The notes below the pieces were generated by a model. It was not told where the DNA came from and ran no database searches. It was given only the letters and a program-made list of their open reading frames with translations. This document shows, one piece after another, positions 20,026-28,904 of a stretch of 64,000 nucleotides of DNA (within the stretch, counting starts at the first letter, position 1; each line of letters starts with the position of its first letter). Source of the DNA: a virus (taxonomy: Duplodnaviria > Heunggongvirae > Uroviricota > Caudoviricetes); the IMG/VR virus record IMGVR_UViG_3300020451_002055; one strand, written 5' to 3'. A program made the translations under genes and the position numbers.

Positions 20026-20321
20026 TAGTTCGTCTCTGGTACCAGGAATAGAAGGGGTATTTTGTGTACCTTTTCGAGAGTATCCGGGTATTGACTAAAC
20101 ATATCCACGAAAGATTCATACAGAACAGCTACATCATGAGTAGATAGAAGACTCGGGTCTTCGAGTATATCCAGTACGTTATTGACGGATATGACACTAT
20201 GGGAAGGAACCATTTCCGGATGCTTTTCTATGAACTGCATCCATAACTTCATTGACAAGAGCATATACTCTCGGCAGTCGTCTTCAAGGTTCTCATCATA
20301 GTACGGGTTCTTTGCCATCAA
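20025..20321 (-). CDS. Hypothetical protein
   Basis: Tiles the operon with overlapping start/stop. Confidence 0.65.
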   Translation of the reverse strand: MMAKNPYYDENLEDDCREYMLLSMKLWMQFIEKHPEMVPSHSVISVNNVLDILEDPSLLSTHDVAVLYESFVDMFSQYPDTLEKVHKIPLLFLVPETN

Positions 20322-20650
20322 TGAAAACTCCGGCCAAAGAACTGAAAAGGCATGTTCAGTAGGTCAACGCCCATTATTTTAGCAGTAGCGAGCAGGTCGC
20401 TGTATGCTTGCCATATCGCAGTTGCATTATCCCCTTCGGCAATAGCATCTTCCAAGTCGTTCATGCAAACAACAAGCCGAGGGTGAAGTTCATAGTTAGA
20501 GTTACGCAAGTAGGCAATCGTCACGGCCATCCAGTTAATACCGGATCGAAAAACAAGCTGTTGAAGCTTGGCGTCCTCGCATACCTCGTCCATCTCCCGC
20601 TGCTCTAGAGAGTTATCGCTGACAGAAACTTCACCAAACATCTTCATCAT
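20318..20650 (-). CDS. Hypothetical protein
   Basis: Tiles the operon. Confidence 0.6.
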   Translation of the reverse strand: MMKMFGEVSVSDNSLEQREMDEVCEDAKLQQLVFRSGINWMAVTIAYLRNSNYELHPRLVVCMNDLEDAIAEGDNATAIWQAYSDLLATAKIMGVDLLNMPFQFFGRSFH

Positions 20651-22595
20651 CCTTCTTCAAAATACCCGATTCAAACAGGAACCTGCTTGGCCGGTTGTTG
20701 ACTGTTCGCAGAAACTTGCCGCTCTTGATCTTCTCTTGTTTGCTGTAAGATGCAATGAGTACTTTCTCTGCCCTTGTCATGGCGACATAGCAAAGTCGTC
20801 GCTCTTCCTCAACACCTCTATCCTCTGTCGAGCTTCGGTTATGAGGCATCTTGCCTTCCTCTAGCCTCGGCAGGAATACAACAGGAAACTCAAGGCCCTT
20901 GGATGCATGAATAGTCATCAACGAGACCGTGCCCGCTTGAGTTGACTTGTCGGCAGTAGTCATCAGAGCGATCTTGTTCAGGTACTCTGAGATATTCGCG
21001 TTTGACCCCTTGGAAGCCCTTGCTGCGGCATTGATAAGCTCGCTCAAAGAATCCTTACGATCATCCGCATCATCTTCGTAGTTGACTTCGATCCAGTCTT
21101 CGTAACTAAGGTCTTTGATGATACCTTCGAGGATGGAGCCTATATCTTGACCTGACCTGTCCTTTGAGAACACTCTGCCGATCAGTTTCGCTCTATTCTT
21201 GACCTTCTCAGCCTTGGCCGTTGCTTTGAGGTATTTATCAACATCCATCAGAGCAGATATGAGATCGACCTTGTTTTGATTTGCGTAGTTTTCTATCTTG
21301 CCGAGAGTTACCTCTCCGATAGAATGGCTAGGCTTGTTGACAAAGCGAGCAAGAGCCGTACTGTCAAATGGGTTGATGTAAAAACGAAGCATTGCAAGGG
21401 CATCTTTGATCTCTTCTCGCTTGAAGAAGCTGAATCCGCCGATGACTTGATAAGGAACGCCTCTGTTCATAAAGGCCGTCTCAAGAGCCCTCGACATGGC
21501 GTTGGCTCGATAAAGAACGGCAAACTGATCATGCTTGTATCCTTGCGTATGAACAAGCTTCTCGACCGTGGCCGCAATCATCGCAGCTTCATGATCAGGA
21601 GTTTGAGCAGACATGCATTGAACAGGAGTGCCCGCGTTGTTTACTGTCTTGATGTTTGCTTCTTCTCTACCTTCGTTTGTTCGGATTAGTCTCGAAGCGG
21701 CAGCAACAATCTCTGGCGTTGAGCGGTAGTTGACCGGAAGCTCAATGACAGTGGCCTTGTAGTTCTTGATAAAGTCATCGATGTTCTCATATCGAGCCCC
21801 TCTCCATTGATAGATGCACTGATCAGGGTCTCCGACCATGAAGATATTGCCATGGGCTCCGATCAGTTCAACGATACGGAACTGAGCGTAGTTGGTGTCC
21901 TGAGCTTCGTCTACCTGAAGAAGATCAAACCGGCGCATAAGACGCTGGCAAACTTGTTTGTCCTTCTCAAGAAGACGTATGGTCTCAGAGAGTATGCCGC
22001 TGAAGTCTGTCTGATTATTGGCGAGCATGCGAGCAACATACTCTCTCGCTATCTTGGCATCTTCGGCAGACTTGAATGCTGCATCAAACTGAGCATCAGT
22101 ATACAGATTCTCTCTTGCATCGCCGCATGTATAGACGAGAGACTTGACCTCGGGCTTCTTCAGATCGTAGCCCAACTGTCGAGCGCACTGAGACATCAGA
22201 GCAAACTGATCGTCGTCATCTAGGACGGTAATATCTGAGGTGTATCCGATGCTCTTGCCAAACTTGCGAAGTATGTTTAAGCTCAGAGCGTGGAACGTGC
22301 TAACGTAGATCTGGTCAGCCGTCTCCCCAAGGATACCGGTAAGCCGCTGCTTCATCTCTTGAGCGGCCTTGTTCGTAAAAGTTATGCAGAGTAGCTTCGT
22401 TGGAGAAAAGCCGCCCTCGATAAGTCTTGCTGCTCTCTCAGTGATAACTCTCGTTTTTCCGGATCCCGGACAAGCAGATACAAAGCAAGCACCCCACTTA
22501 TGGTTCGCTGCCTTTTCTTGCTGATCGTTGAGCTTCGGTCTCGGTGTTTTTCTTTCCACAGCCGCATCCTGTTGATCCCTTGCTACTAGTCCCAT
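20631..22595 (-). CDS. uvrD: UvrD/PcrA superfamily-1 DNA helicase
   Basis: ACPGSGKT, ITFTNKAA, STFH, VDEAQDTN, VGDPDQCIYQWRGA, NYRS, TIHASKGLEF, EEERRLCYVAMTRA. Confidence 0.96.
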   Translation of the reverse strand: MGLVARDQQDAAVERKTPRPKLNDQQEKAANHKWGACFVSACPGSGKTRVITERAARLIEGGFSPTKLLCITFTNKAAQEMKQRLTGILGETADQIYVSTFHALSLNILRKFGKSIGYTSDITVLDDDDQFALMSQCARQLGYDLKKPEVKSLVYTCGDARENLYTDAQFDAAFKSAEDAKIAREYVARMLANNQTDFSGILSETIRLLEKDKQVCQRLMRRFDLLQVDEAQDTNYAQFRIVELIGAHGNIFMVGDPDQCIYQWRGARYENIDDFIKNYKATVIELPVNYRSTPEIVAAASRLIRTNEGREEANIKTVNNAGTPVQCMSAQTPDHEAAMIAATVEKLVHTQGYKHDQFAVLYRANAMSRALETAFMNRGVPYQVIGGFSFFKREEIKDALAMLRFYINPFDSTALARFVNKPSHSIGEVTLGKIENYANQNKVDLISALMDVDKYLKATAKAEKVKNRAKLIGRVFSKDRSGQDIGSILEGIIKDLSYEDWIEVNYEDDADDRKDSLSELINAAARASKGSNANISEYLNKIALMTTADKSTQAGTVSLMTIHASKGLEFPVVFLPRLEEGKMPHNRSSTEDRGVEEERRLCYVAMTRAEKVLIASYSKQEKIKSGKFLRTVNNRPSRFLFESGILKKDDEDVW

Positions 22596-22914
22596 ATACT
22601 TGAGATACCCCTCTAATCGTCAGATTCGGATCGTCATAGTTCATCTTCTCACAAAGCAAATTGAAGAAAGCGATGGGAGATATATAGCCAATGTATTGAA
22701 CATACACTTCTCCCGTTTCCTCAGAAAGAGCCTGTAAGTGCGGATATGTTTCTACTCCGAACTTACTGCAAAGTTCTTCATTCGAGTCGTCGTCCGCGTC
22801 AATGAACTCATAGTAGAAACCATAGAAGTCCATTGCCTTACGCATCTTCTTGCATGTCGGACAATCCGAACTGCCGAACATGCGGTATGTGATCTTTCCA
22901 TTACCCATCGGCAT
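22498..22914 (-). CDS. Thioredoxin/glutaredoxin-like protein
   Basis: CPTC motif, FGVETYP cis-Pro loop. Confidence 0.75.
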   Translation of the reverse strand: MPMGNGKITYRMFGSSDCPTCKKMRKAMDFYGFYYEFIDADDDSNEELCSKFGVETYPHLQALSEETGEVYVQYIGYISPIAFFNLLCEKMNYDDPNLTIRGVSQVYGTSSKGSTGCGCGKKNTETEAQRSARKGSEP

Positions 22915-23227
22915 GAGCCCTGAAGGTATCGAAATGTTCAGCGAGTCCCTCGCTTATGCCTTCGCTCTTAGTATCGGGCAGCTTGCATTCAGGCAGTCCC
23001 TCTACCACAAAGTTGATCTCTTTATTGATCATGTCAGAGCAAAACTTATGCAAGTGCATCGCGTCCACCTTCTTAGCATTGATTCCCAACGCAGAAAGCA
23101 GATCCACAGAAGGCCAGCAGAACTTTTGTTCATCGCCAGTGTCTAAGAATTGAAGAGTCCAAATGATCAGGTCATTTTCTTCTTCGTACTTAGATTCAAG
23201 TATCTTCACTCTCGATGGATTCGTCAT
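22901..23227 (-). CDS. Hypothetical protein
   Basis: Tiles the operon. Confidence 0.65.
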   Translation of the reverse strand: MTNPSRVKILESKYEEENDLIIWTLQFLDTGDEQKFCWPSVDLLSALGINAKKVDAMHLHKFCSDMINKEINFVVEGLPECKLPDTKSEGISEGLAEHFDTFRAHADG

Positions 23228-23951
23228 TTAGTTGCTCCTTCAGCTTGTAGTAAGCAGACATCATCTGCTCGATTATCCTGTTCTTCTCTTCGTCTCCGAG
23301 ATGAACGCGAACGGTAGATAGCTTTTCGAGATGTTCTTCGCCGAATAGATGGATGAGAACATGATCGTGATAAGTTCGGTAAGAACCGAATGGCTCGTCC
23401 GTAATGAGTTCGTCTTTGATTCCGATGGCTTTCTCGGCCTGTCGAGCTTGATTCCACCATGAATCGGTCTTCTTAGGAGTTACCTCGCTACCGTCAGCAG
23501 TCTCAACGAGACCGCATTGGTCTCGGACATCAGGATTGATAACCTTGAGACGCTCATAACGAGGTCTGAACTCTTCTTCAGGTATGATACCATAAACTCG
23601 GCAGTTGTAGGGCCGAGTCTCATGCTGAGAACACATCTTTGATTCATGATCAAAGAAAACGCAACCCTTGACTGACTTATCGAATAAGTAGTTCCTCAAG
23701 CTTGATTCAATCAGATTACCTATCTGCTGATCAGACCAGTTCGAGGTTACATAGTTCCAAGTATTGAGAAACTCAATATAGAGAACGCTAGGATTTTGAA
23801 CCTGGCAGCACCAGGCTCCGCATCCTCCCTCGTTCTCGGGCATATTGATATGCTCAAGACAACCCTTAGTATCGGGTATCTTGCTGTATGCGTAATCGAG
23901 AACAGCTATAGCATTCCGTATACGTTCCTTGTCAGTCGTCGCTCCATACAT
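23196..23951 (-). CDS. YkgJ-family Cys-cluster (Zn/Fe-chelating) protein
   Basis: CGAWCC, CVFFD, CSQHETRPYNCRVYG. Confidence 0.82.
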   Translation of the reverse strand: MYGATTDKERIRNAIAVLDYAYSKIPDTKGCLEHINMPENEGGCGAWCCQVQNPSVLYIEFLNTWNYVTSNWSDQQIGNLIESSLRNYLFDKSVKGCVFFDHESKMCSQHETRPYNCRVYGIIPEEEFRPRYERLKVINPDVRDQCGLVETADGSEVTPKKTDSWWNQARQAEKAIGIKDELITDEPFGSYRTYHDHVLIHLFGEEHLEKLSTVRVHLGDEEKNRIIEQMMSAYYKLKEQLNDESIESEDT

Positions 23952-24556
23952 CAGATATCGATTCCGTCGTAATCCTCATCCTTCGAACCGCTAAAAACAG
24001 CCTTCGGTTCGACGTTTGATTCCTTCTTAGCGACAGGCTGCTCGTCCTTGTCCTTTTCAATGGTAACAGTCAACGATTCTCTATCGTCGCCCTTGGTTAC
24101 TCCCTTGGGGACATTATTGTTCTTCTCAAGCTCGTCCAAGACTTTGTTCATTTTAGTCTTGTTGATCTTGTATACCTGCTCGTAGGCGTCGTCTCCGATA
24201 CCGAGTTCTTCGCAATGCTCAATCAGAGCGTTCTCGTCCTCGATTTCCCACTTGCCCTTGACAGTTCTACGGCTGAGGTTGCCGACGCCCGGATACTTGA
24301 GCGTCTTCTTGCCAGCAGAAGTCATGCACTTTTCGATCGCCTCACGAAGAGTTGATTCTCGCTGCTCCATCTCTTTGATCTGAGCATCATAATGGGCTGC
24401 CCTGCGCTTCTTAAGAGCCTTGACATGCTCGATCTCTTGCTGAGCATTGCGTATCTCAATAAGAGCATCCTCAAGCTCAGATGGATCGCTAAACTCGCCG
24501 CCTCGCAGCACTTCTCTAATTTTCTCGCTACCGATTGCTTCAAATTCATCAAACAT
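23951..24556 (-). CDS. Mu Gam / Gp157-like DNA-end-protection protein
   Basis: Long coiled coil followed by KKTLKYPGVGNLSRR...EIEDENALIE...KINK. Confidence 0.65.
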   Translation of the reverse strand: MFDEFEAIGSEKIREVLRGGEFSDPSELEDALIEIRNAQQEIEHVKALKKRRAAHYDAQIKEMEQRESTLREAIEKCMTSAGKKTLKYPGVGNLSRRTVKGKWEIEDENALIEHCEELGIGDDAYEQVYKINKTKMNKVLDELEKNNNVPKGVTKGDDRESLTVTIEKDKDEQPVAKKESNVEPKAVFSGSKDEDYDGIDI

Positions 24557-24559
24557 TTG

Positions 24560-24916
24560 TTACCTCGTTACTACCTTCATTACGATGGCCGTCTTTACGC
24601 TTCCATCGAACTCCGCATTGTCAAAACTTGGCTCAACCACAAGATCGAGCCCCTTCTTTGATCCTTCGCCCCTAGCGATGATAAGAGCTTTCAAAGCATT
24701 AGAGATGGATGGCGCTCCAACGGCCTTGAGCTTGGCTGAGCCATGCTTTCCAATGACCGTTAGAATCGCTGAAGATAGCTTCTTGATGTATTGCTTGCGT
24801 GCCTCATCAACTTCTTCTGGACTTTCTGGTTTACGGGTTTCTCCGTTACCTACATGCAAGTAGTGCCCGTTGTCTCCCTTGATCTTCAACAGCGTCGGAT
24901 CGTCGTGATATGCCAT
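24560..24916 (-). CDS. spoVS: SpoVS-family (Alba-like) nucleic-acid-binding protein
   Basis: AVGAPSISNALKALIIARG...GLDLVVEPSFDNAEFDGSVKTAI parallels SpoVS AIGAGALNQAVKAVAIARG...GVDL...PAF...DGEERTAI. Confidence 0.85.
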   Translation of the reverse strand: MAYHDDPTLLKIKGDNGHYLHVGNGETRKPESPEEVDEARKQYIKKLSSAILTVIGKHGSAKLKAVGAPSISNALKALIIARGEGSKKGLDLVVEPSFDNAEFDGSVKTAIVMKVVTR

Positions 24917-24941
24917 AACTTCTTCCTTTACTCATCATGAG

Positions 24942-25931
24942 CTACTCAAAGCTCCCGTAGAAAGCGGCTCGCTTTGCTCCGAGGTTTGGGTCATTCCAAA
25001 CCTTCGACTCATGACATATCGACGAGAAGTCGCAATACTTACAATCGAATGAAGTTTTGGACTCAGGTCGAGGAGGAGGAAGAAGCTTGTTATCTACCAT
25101 CGAGTTCATCTTGACGGCCTGCTCTTGAATCTTAGCCCACATCTCAGGATTTCTACCAACCTGGTAGACCTTCGTGGCGCAGTCGTCCTTGTTCTCGTAT
25201 ATGATGACTCCATAATCCAAGTCAAGAACATTGACATAGATAGTTATCTGTACCTTGTAATGGAAGTCCGGAACGTTGGTCAGTTTCTTCTTGAACTTGA
25301 AAGAGTTGACCGTCTTCATATCGATGACGATTGGCTTCTTAGGAAGATCTTCCGGCTTGAACAGAATCGGAACTGCATTGCCTTCCCTATACTGATTTGC
25401 GTTGAAGTTCGAGAAGTCTAGAATCTGGTCTGCATGACCGTGGAAATTTAGTTCCTCGTCAATCACGGAGACTTCATGATACCTGAAGTTCTCGCATCCG
25501 CAACGCTTGCAGGATTCCGGCTTGAAGCATCCGAGCTTATCATCAAGGCCGTAACGCTTGGGCCTCTCGTCAGAGTAATCCGGACCGGCATAGTTGCCAT
25601 GCTCATCATAGCAGCCGCAATCCGGGTTCATGCATTCCCATACTCCTCGAAGAACTCCGATGTCCTCGAAATACTTGGCCCAACGATCATGCATTGAGTG
25701 CCCGGTATCCCAAATGCGACACATCCGAGGCTCCGGAGACGACGGCTCGCACTCAATGTAGCCTCGCTCTGCATAACGCTGATACTGCATCTTGCGGAGA
25801 CACTGACCGAATGCAGATGGGTGATAAATCTCGTAACCGCGAGGCGGTCCGTTCTGATTTACCCAACTGCAATGGGTATTGACCAAGTTGATTAGATTTG
25901 TTACTTCTGGCGGTTGTCTAATGATTTCCAT
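24942..25931 (-). CDS. Cas4/AddB-like PD-(D/E)XK exonuclease with Fe-S cysteines
   Basis: HPSAFGQC, GHSMH, GHAD, IDMKT, QITIY, C-terminal CKYC....C. Confidence 0.82.
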   Translation of the reverse strand: MEIIRQPPEVTNLINLVNTHCSWVNQNGPPRGYEIYHPSAFGQCLRKMQYQRYAERGYIECEPSSPEPRMCRIWDTGHSMHDRWAKYFEDIGVLRGVWECMNPDCGCYDEHGNYAGPDYSDERPKRYGLDDKLGCFKPESCKRCGCENFRYHEVSVIDEELNFHGHADQILDFSNFNANQYREGNAVPILFKPEDLPKKPIVIDMKTVNSFKFKKKLTNVPDFHYKVQITIYVNVLDLDYGVIIYENKDDCATKVYQVGRNPEMWAKIQEQAVKMNSMVDNKLLPPPRPESKTSFDCKYCDFSSICHESKVWNDPNLGAKRAAFYGSFE

Positions 25932-26671
25932 AGCCTTACCTTTGTCATGTTGACTTCTCTGTTCTTTTGGGCCTCCAAAAGAGCTTCCTTGAGAACAGTT
26001 ATACCTTCTTTCATTACTAACTCGTCAGGATCCTTGTATGTATCGTTGAAAAACACTGGGTAGAAGTTCGTACTGAATGCCGGAGCTTCTAGCCGCTCTT
26101 CCTCATACAAGTCCATAGCTCTGATCAAGTTCTTACGACCCGAGTCATCGTTATCAAATAGCAGATAGATGTTCTGACAATACCGACGCAATAGAGATAC
26201 ATGATCAAACGTAAATGCGCTGCCAAGAACTCCTACGGTATTTGTTAGACCATGAACATGCAGGCAGGTCGTATCAAACTGGCCTTCGACAACGATAGCA
26301 GAGTTCTTCTGCATGATTCTCTGCTTGGCAACGTTAAGGCCATACAGATACCGCTTCTTATTGAACTGCTCATGAAGGTGCGGTCGATGCTCCTTCTTGG
26401 TTGTTCGAAAGTTGCGGCTCGTCAATACGATGAGATCGCCGTATTGATCGTAAAGAGGCATGATGACCCTTCCGCGCCAATCATGCCCGGTCGCCCTCTT
26501 CGGAATGTATCCGAATCGGAACGTGTCAATTGCTTCAGCATTGAGGCCCCTTTTTTCGAGGAGATACTGACGGGCCTCGTTTACATCATCATTGTCTTCA
26601 ACTGTCAGGGTCCGGTGAGCGAGACGAACTATCTCCTCTCTCTCAGCCGGAGTGAACTTGGTCTTCATCAT
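25901..26671 (-). CDS. dnaG: DnaG primase catalytic core (TOPRIM) without Zn-binding domain
   Basis: YL.KRGL, GRVIMP, LYGL, VVEGQFD, LFDNDDSG, KDPDE. Confidence 0.9.
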   Translation of the reverse strand: MMKTKFTPAEREEIVRLAHRTLTVEDNDDVNEARQYLLEKRGLNAEAIDTFRFGYIPKRATGHDWRGRVIMPLYDQYGDLIVLTSRNFRTTKKEHRPHLHEQFNKKRYLYGLNVAKQRIMQKNSAIVVEGQFDTTCLHVHGLTNTVGVLGSAFTFDHVSLLRRYCQNIYLLFDNDDSGRKNLIRAMDLYEEERLEAPAFSTNFYPVFFNDTYKDPDELVMKEGITVLKEALLEAQKNREVNMTKVRLWKSLDNRQK

Positions 26672-27927
26672 AGCTCGGGATTGTCGTCAGATGAAACAGC
26701 GAACTCTACTTCGCCACTTGCGTCATCCTTTGCTTCCTCTGCCTTCTTCGTAATCTTAGGCTTCGACTTGGCCTTAGATTTCGACCTGGACTTGGACTTT
26801 GGAGCATCATCGTCATCGTCCTTACTGCCTGATTCTTCGATGATCTTCTTATGGCTGTCGTAGTTGAGAATCTCTGCAGGAACCGGCAATTCCTTTTCTA
26901 CGGCGGCTGCCTTCATCTCTTCAATAAGGTCAGTCATGTCGATCTCGCCAAGGGCTTCAATGAAGGCCTCTCGTCCATCCACCTTCAGGTCTCCCCAAGA
27001 GTAAACGGTCTTGCGCTTGTTGATAACCTTTACTTCTCTACCGAAGTTGAAAACTCGTTCTTCAAGATCAGGGAAGTAAGGCTTGTAGTAGATCGGAATA
27101 CGAATGCCTTCTTTGAATGGCATGGAGAACCGGCTCTTCTCGATCCAGACATTCGCCGAGCCCGCAATAAGTTCTTGTTCTCCATCTTCCTTTTCGATAA
27201 AGACAAGAGAATCCTTACTGTTTAGCTTGTTGACCTTGAGGATAACAGAGGATTGGTGAGGTAGGGTATTTCCGCCCTTGTAACCTTCCGGATTTCCAAA
27301 CATAACGCCCGGCTTAGTACGAAGCTGATTGATGCAAACAACGAGAGCATTATGAGCCGATGCAAGACTATTGATAGCAGGCAGAGTCTTGCCGAGGACT
27401 CTTGCGAGAGGAGCCATATGATCCTTCTCAGCAGAGGCCTCAAGCTCTGACTTTGTAACAAGAGCGGCAATCGAGTCGATGACCACGATGTCCGCTCCGG
27501 CCTTGATCGCATCCTTGACCTTATCAAGAATCGCTTCTGCATAGAAGATTTCTTCGGGATTGTCATCATCGAACATCTTGATCTTACCGATCTTCGCAGG
27601 ATCGCAACCATTGATCTTCGCAAGCTGAGGACTGTATGAGTTCTCAACGTCAATCCAAACAGGCGTATAGCCCATCTGCTGAGCGTTGCCGCAAAGACGG
27701 TAAGCCAAAGATGATTTTCCTCCGCCAGGTCCGCCATAGATCATGCATACACTACCGAGCGGAATACCAAAGATGGGATTTTCGCTGTCGGATGCTTCTG
27801 CTTCTCCCTTTGATATACGGTAATCAAGCTCCGTATGACCAGTGGGAATGAATGTTCTCTTCTCCTGGGTTCCCCATTCGAATCCGCCAAGATTCTCTAG
27901 GCCAACCGAGCCTTTCTTCTTCGCCAT
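26668..27927 (-). CDS. recA: RecA recombinase with charged C-terminal tail
   Basis: IPTG..ELD, YGGPGGGKS, IDVE, VIDSIAAL, INQLRTKPGVMFGNPE, GGNTL. Confidence 0.93.
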   Translation of the reverse strand: MAKKKGSVGLENLGGFEWGTQEKRTFIPTGHTELDYRISKGEAEASDSENPIFGIPLGSVCMIYGGPGGGKSSLAYRLCGNAQQMGYTPVWIDVENSYSPQLAKINGCDPAKIGKIKMFDDDNPEEIFYAEAILDKVKDAIKAGADIVVIDSIAALVTKSELEASAEKDHMAPLARVLGKTLPAINSLASAHNALVVCINQLRTKPGVMFGNPEGYKGGNTLPHQSSVILKVNKLNSKDSLVFIEKEDGEQELIAGSANVWIEKSRFSMPFKEGIRIPIYYKPYFPDLEERVFNFGREVKVINKRKTVYSWGDLKVDGREAFIEALGEIDMTDLIEEMKAAAVEKELPVPAEILNYDSHKKIIEESGSKDDDDDAPKSKSRSKSKAKSKPKITKKAEEAKDDASGEVEFAVSSDDNPEL

Positions 27928-27961
27928 CAGTGTTCTCCGTGATTATGTATGGATACAGAAT

Positions 27962-27991
27962 GAGCCGCGACCGCGGTAACGATCACGGCTC
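27962..27991 (-). terminator. 12-bp stem-loop downstream of ssb (terminator or mRNA-stabilising hairpin)
   Basis: GAGCCGUGAUCG-UUACCG-CGGUCGCGGCUC pairs fully (2 G-U) only as minus-strand RNA; weak U tract follows. Confidence 0.55.
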
Positions 27992-28049
27992 TTGAGTTGC
28001 TTCCTGATTGTTGGAATCGGATTATTGCAATCTACGCATAAATGCGAGA

Positions 28050-28697
28050 TTAGAACGGAACGTCGTCGTCATCGACCTCGGAACCGCCGGTAGGTGCAGA
28101 TGCAGTTGCAGTCTGCGCCGTTGGCTCCTTGAGGCCGAGCTTCTCTTCGATCTCGTCCTGAGGCGTTGCCTTGAAGATTTCCATCAGGTTGTGAAGGTTC
28201 TTGCCCTTCTCGCCGATCAACTCCTTTTCCTCGTCCGTAAACGGAGCCGGATCAAGAGGAGTCAGGTGATAGCGAGTCGTGCGAGGATCGTTTGGGTTCT
28301 GACGCTCGACGCGGATCATGAAATCAACGCCCTCGTTCTTACCCGGATCCTTCTTGCGAGCCGATGCCCAGTTGGAAACGTCCTTGTAAAGAGTTACAGG
28401 CATTTCCATGACCATGAGATTGCCGCTACCCCTATCAATGACATTGATAGCGTATCGCTCGCTCGGGTTCATGTTGTAAGTGTTGCGGATTACGCAGTCG
28501 TCGCCGCCATTCGTAATGGCCGAACGACCTCGCTCCCCATTCTTGCCGTTGACATAGTAACGGAAGAACCTAATCGGCTTGGCTACGAGTCGAACCGTGT
28601 ACTCGTTTCCTGCCTTTAGACGCAGGAAAGTTTCGCCTTTGCCGCCGCCTCCACGGTTGGAGGTTGACGTATCGCCCCAATCTACTACTTCGCTCAT
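28050..28697 (-). CDS. ssb: Phage single-stranded DNA-binding protein (gp32-like)
   Basis: FLRLK.G....VRL, RYAINVIDR, DP...EGVDF, acidic tail EVDDDDVPF; between dnaE and recA. Confidence 0.78.
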   Translation of the reverse strand: MSEVVDWGDTSTSNRGGGGKGETFLRLKAGNEYTVRLVAKPIRFFRYYVNGKNGERGRSAITNGGDDCVIRNTYNMNPSERYAINVIDRGSGNLMVMEMPVTLYKDVSNWASARKKDPGKNEGVDFMIRVERQNPNDPRTTRYHLTPLDPAPFTDEEKELIGEKGKNLHNLMEIFKATPQDEIEEKLGLKEPTAQTATASAPTGGSEVDDDDVPF

Positions 28698-28819
28698 TTT
28701 GAGTCTCCTTTGTTGCAGTGTTTCAGTGTTGGGCAGTGCTTAGTGGACCCTACGCCGGGTCGCAGTGTTCTTGTGTCTCTGTTTCCATTGTTGTCAGTGG
28801 ACCTTGGAGACATAAGGCC
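28698..28819 (-). promoter_or_regulatory. Structured 5' leader of ssb: H-type pseudoknot, hairpin, six CACU(G/A) repeats, SD AAGGAG
   Basis: S1 GGCCUU/AAGGUC (28819-28800); loop UGUCUC pairs with GAGACA (28779-28774); hairpin GACCC/GGGUC. Confidence 0.6.
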
Positions 28820-28853
28820 ATATATCTTTTCGACTACTACTGCCATATACCTT
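28820..28853 (-). promoter_or_regulatory. Putative phage promoter AAGG-N15-GTCGAAAA-N7 upstream of the ssb leader
   Basis: CGA lies 10 nt before the first base of the pseudoknot; same geometry at 41847, 47454 and 54877. Confidence 0.45.
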
Positions 28854-28904
28854 CAGCTTTTACTGCATCAATTCTAACTTTTTCTTACTACCTACCAGGC
28901 CTTC

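Noticed and set aside
24942-25931. CRISPR-Cas locus suggested by the Cas4-like gene
   Set aside because: No repeat-spacer array or other cas genes; the CAGTG repeats at 28.7 kb are too short and irregular.
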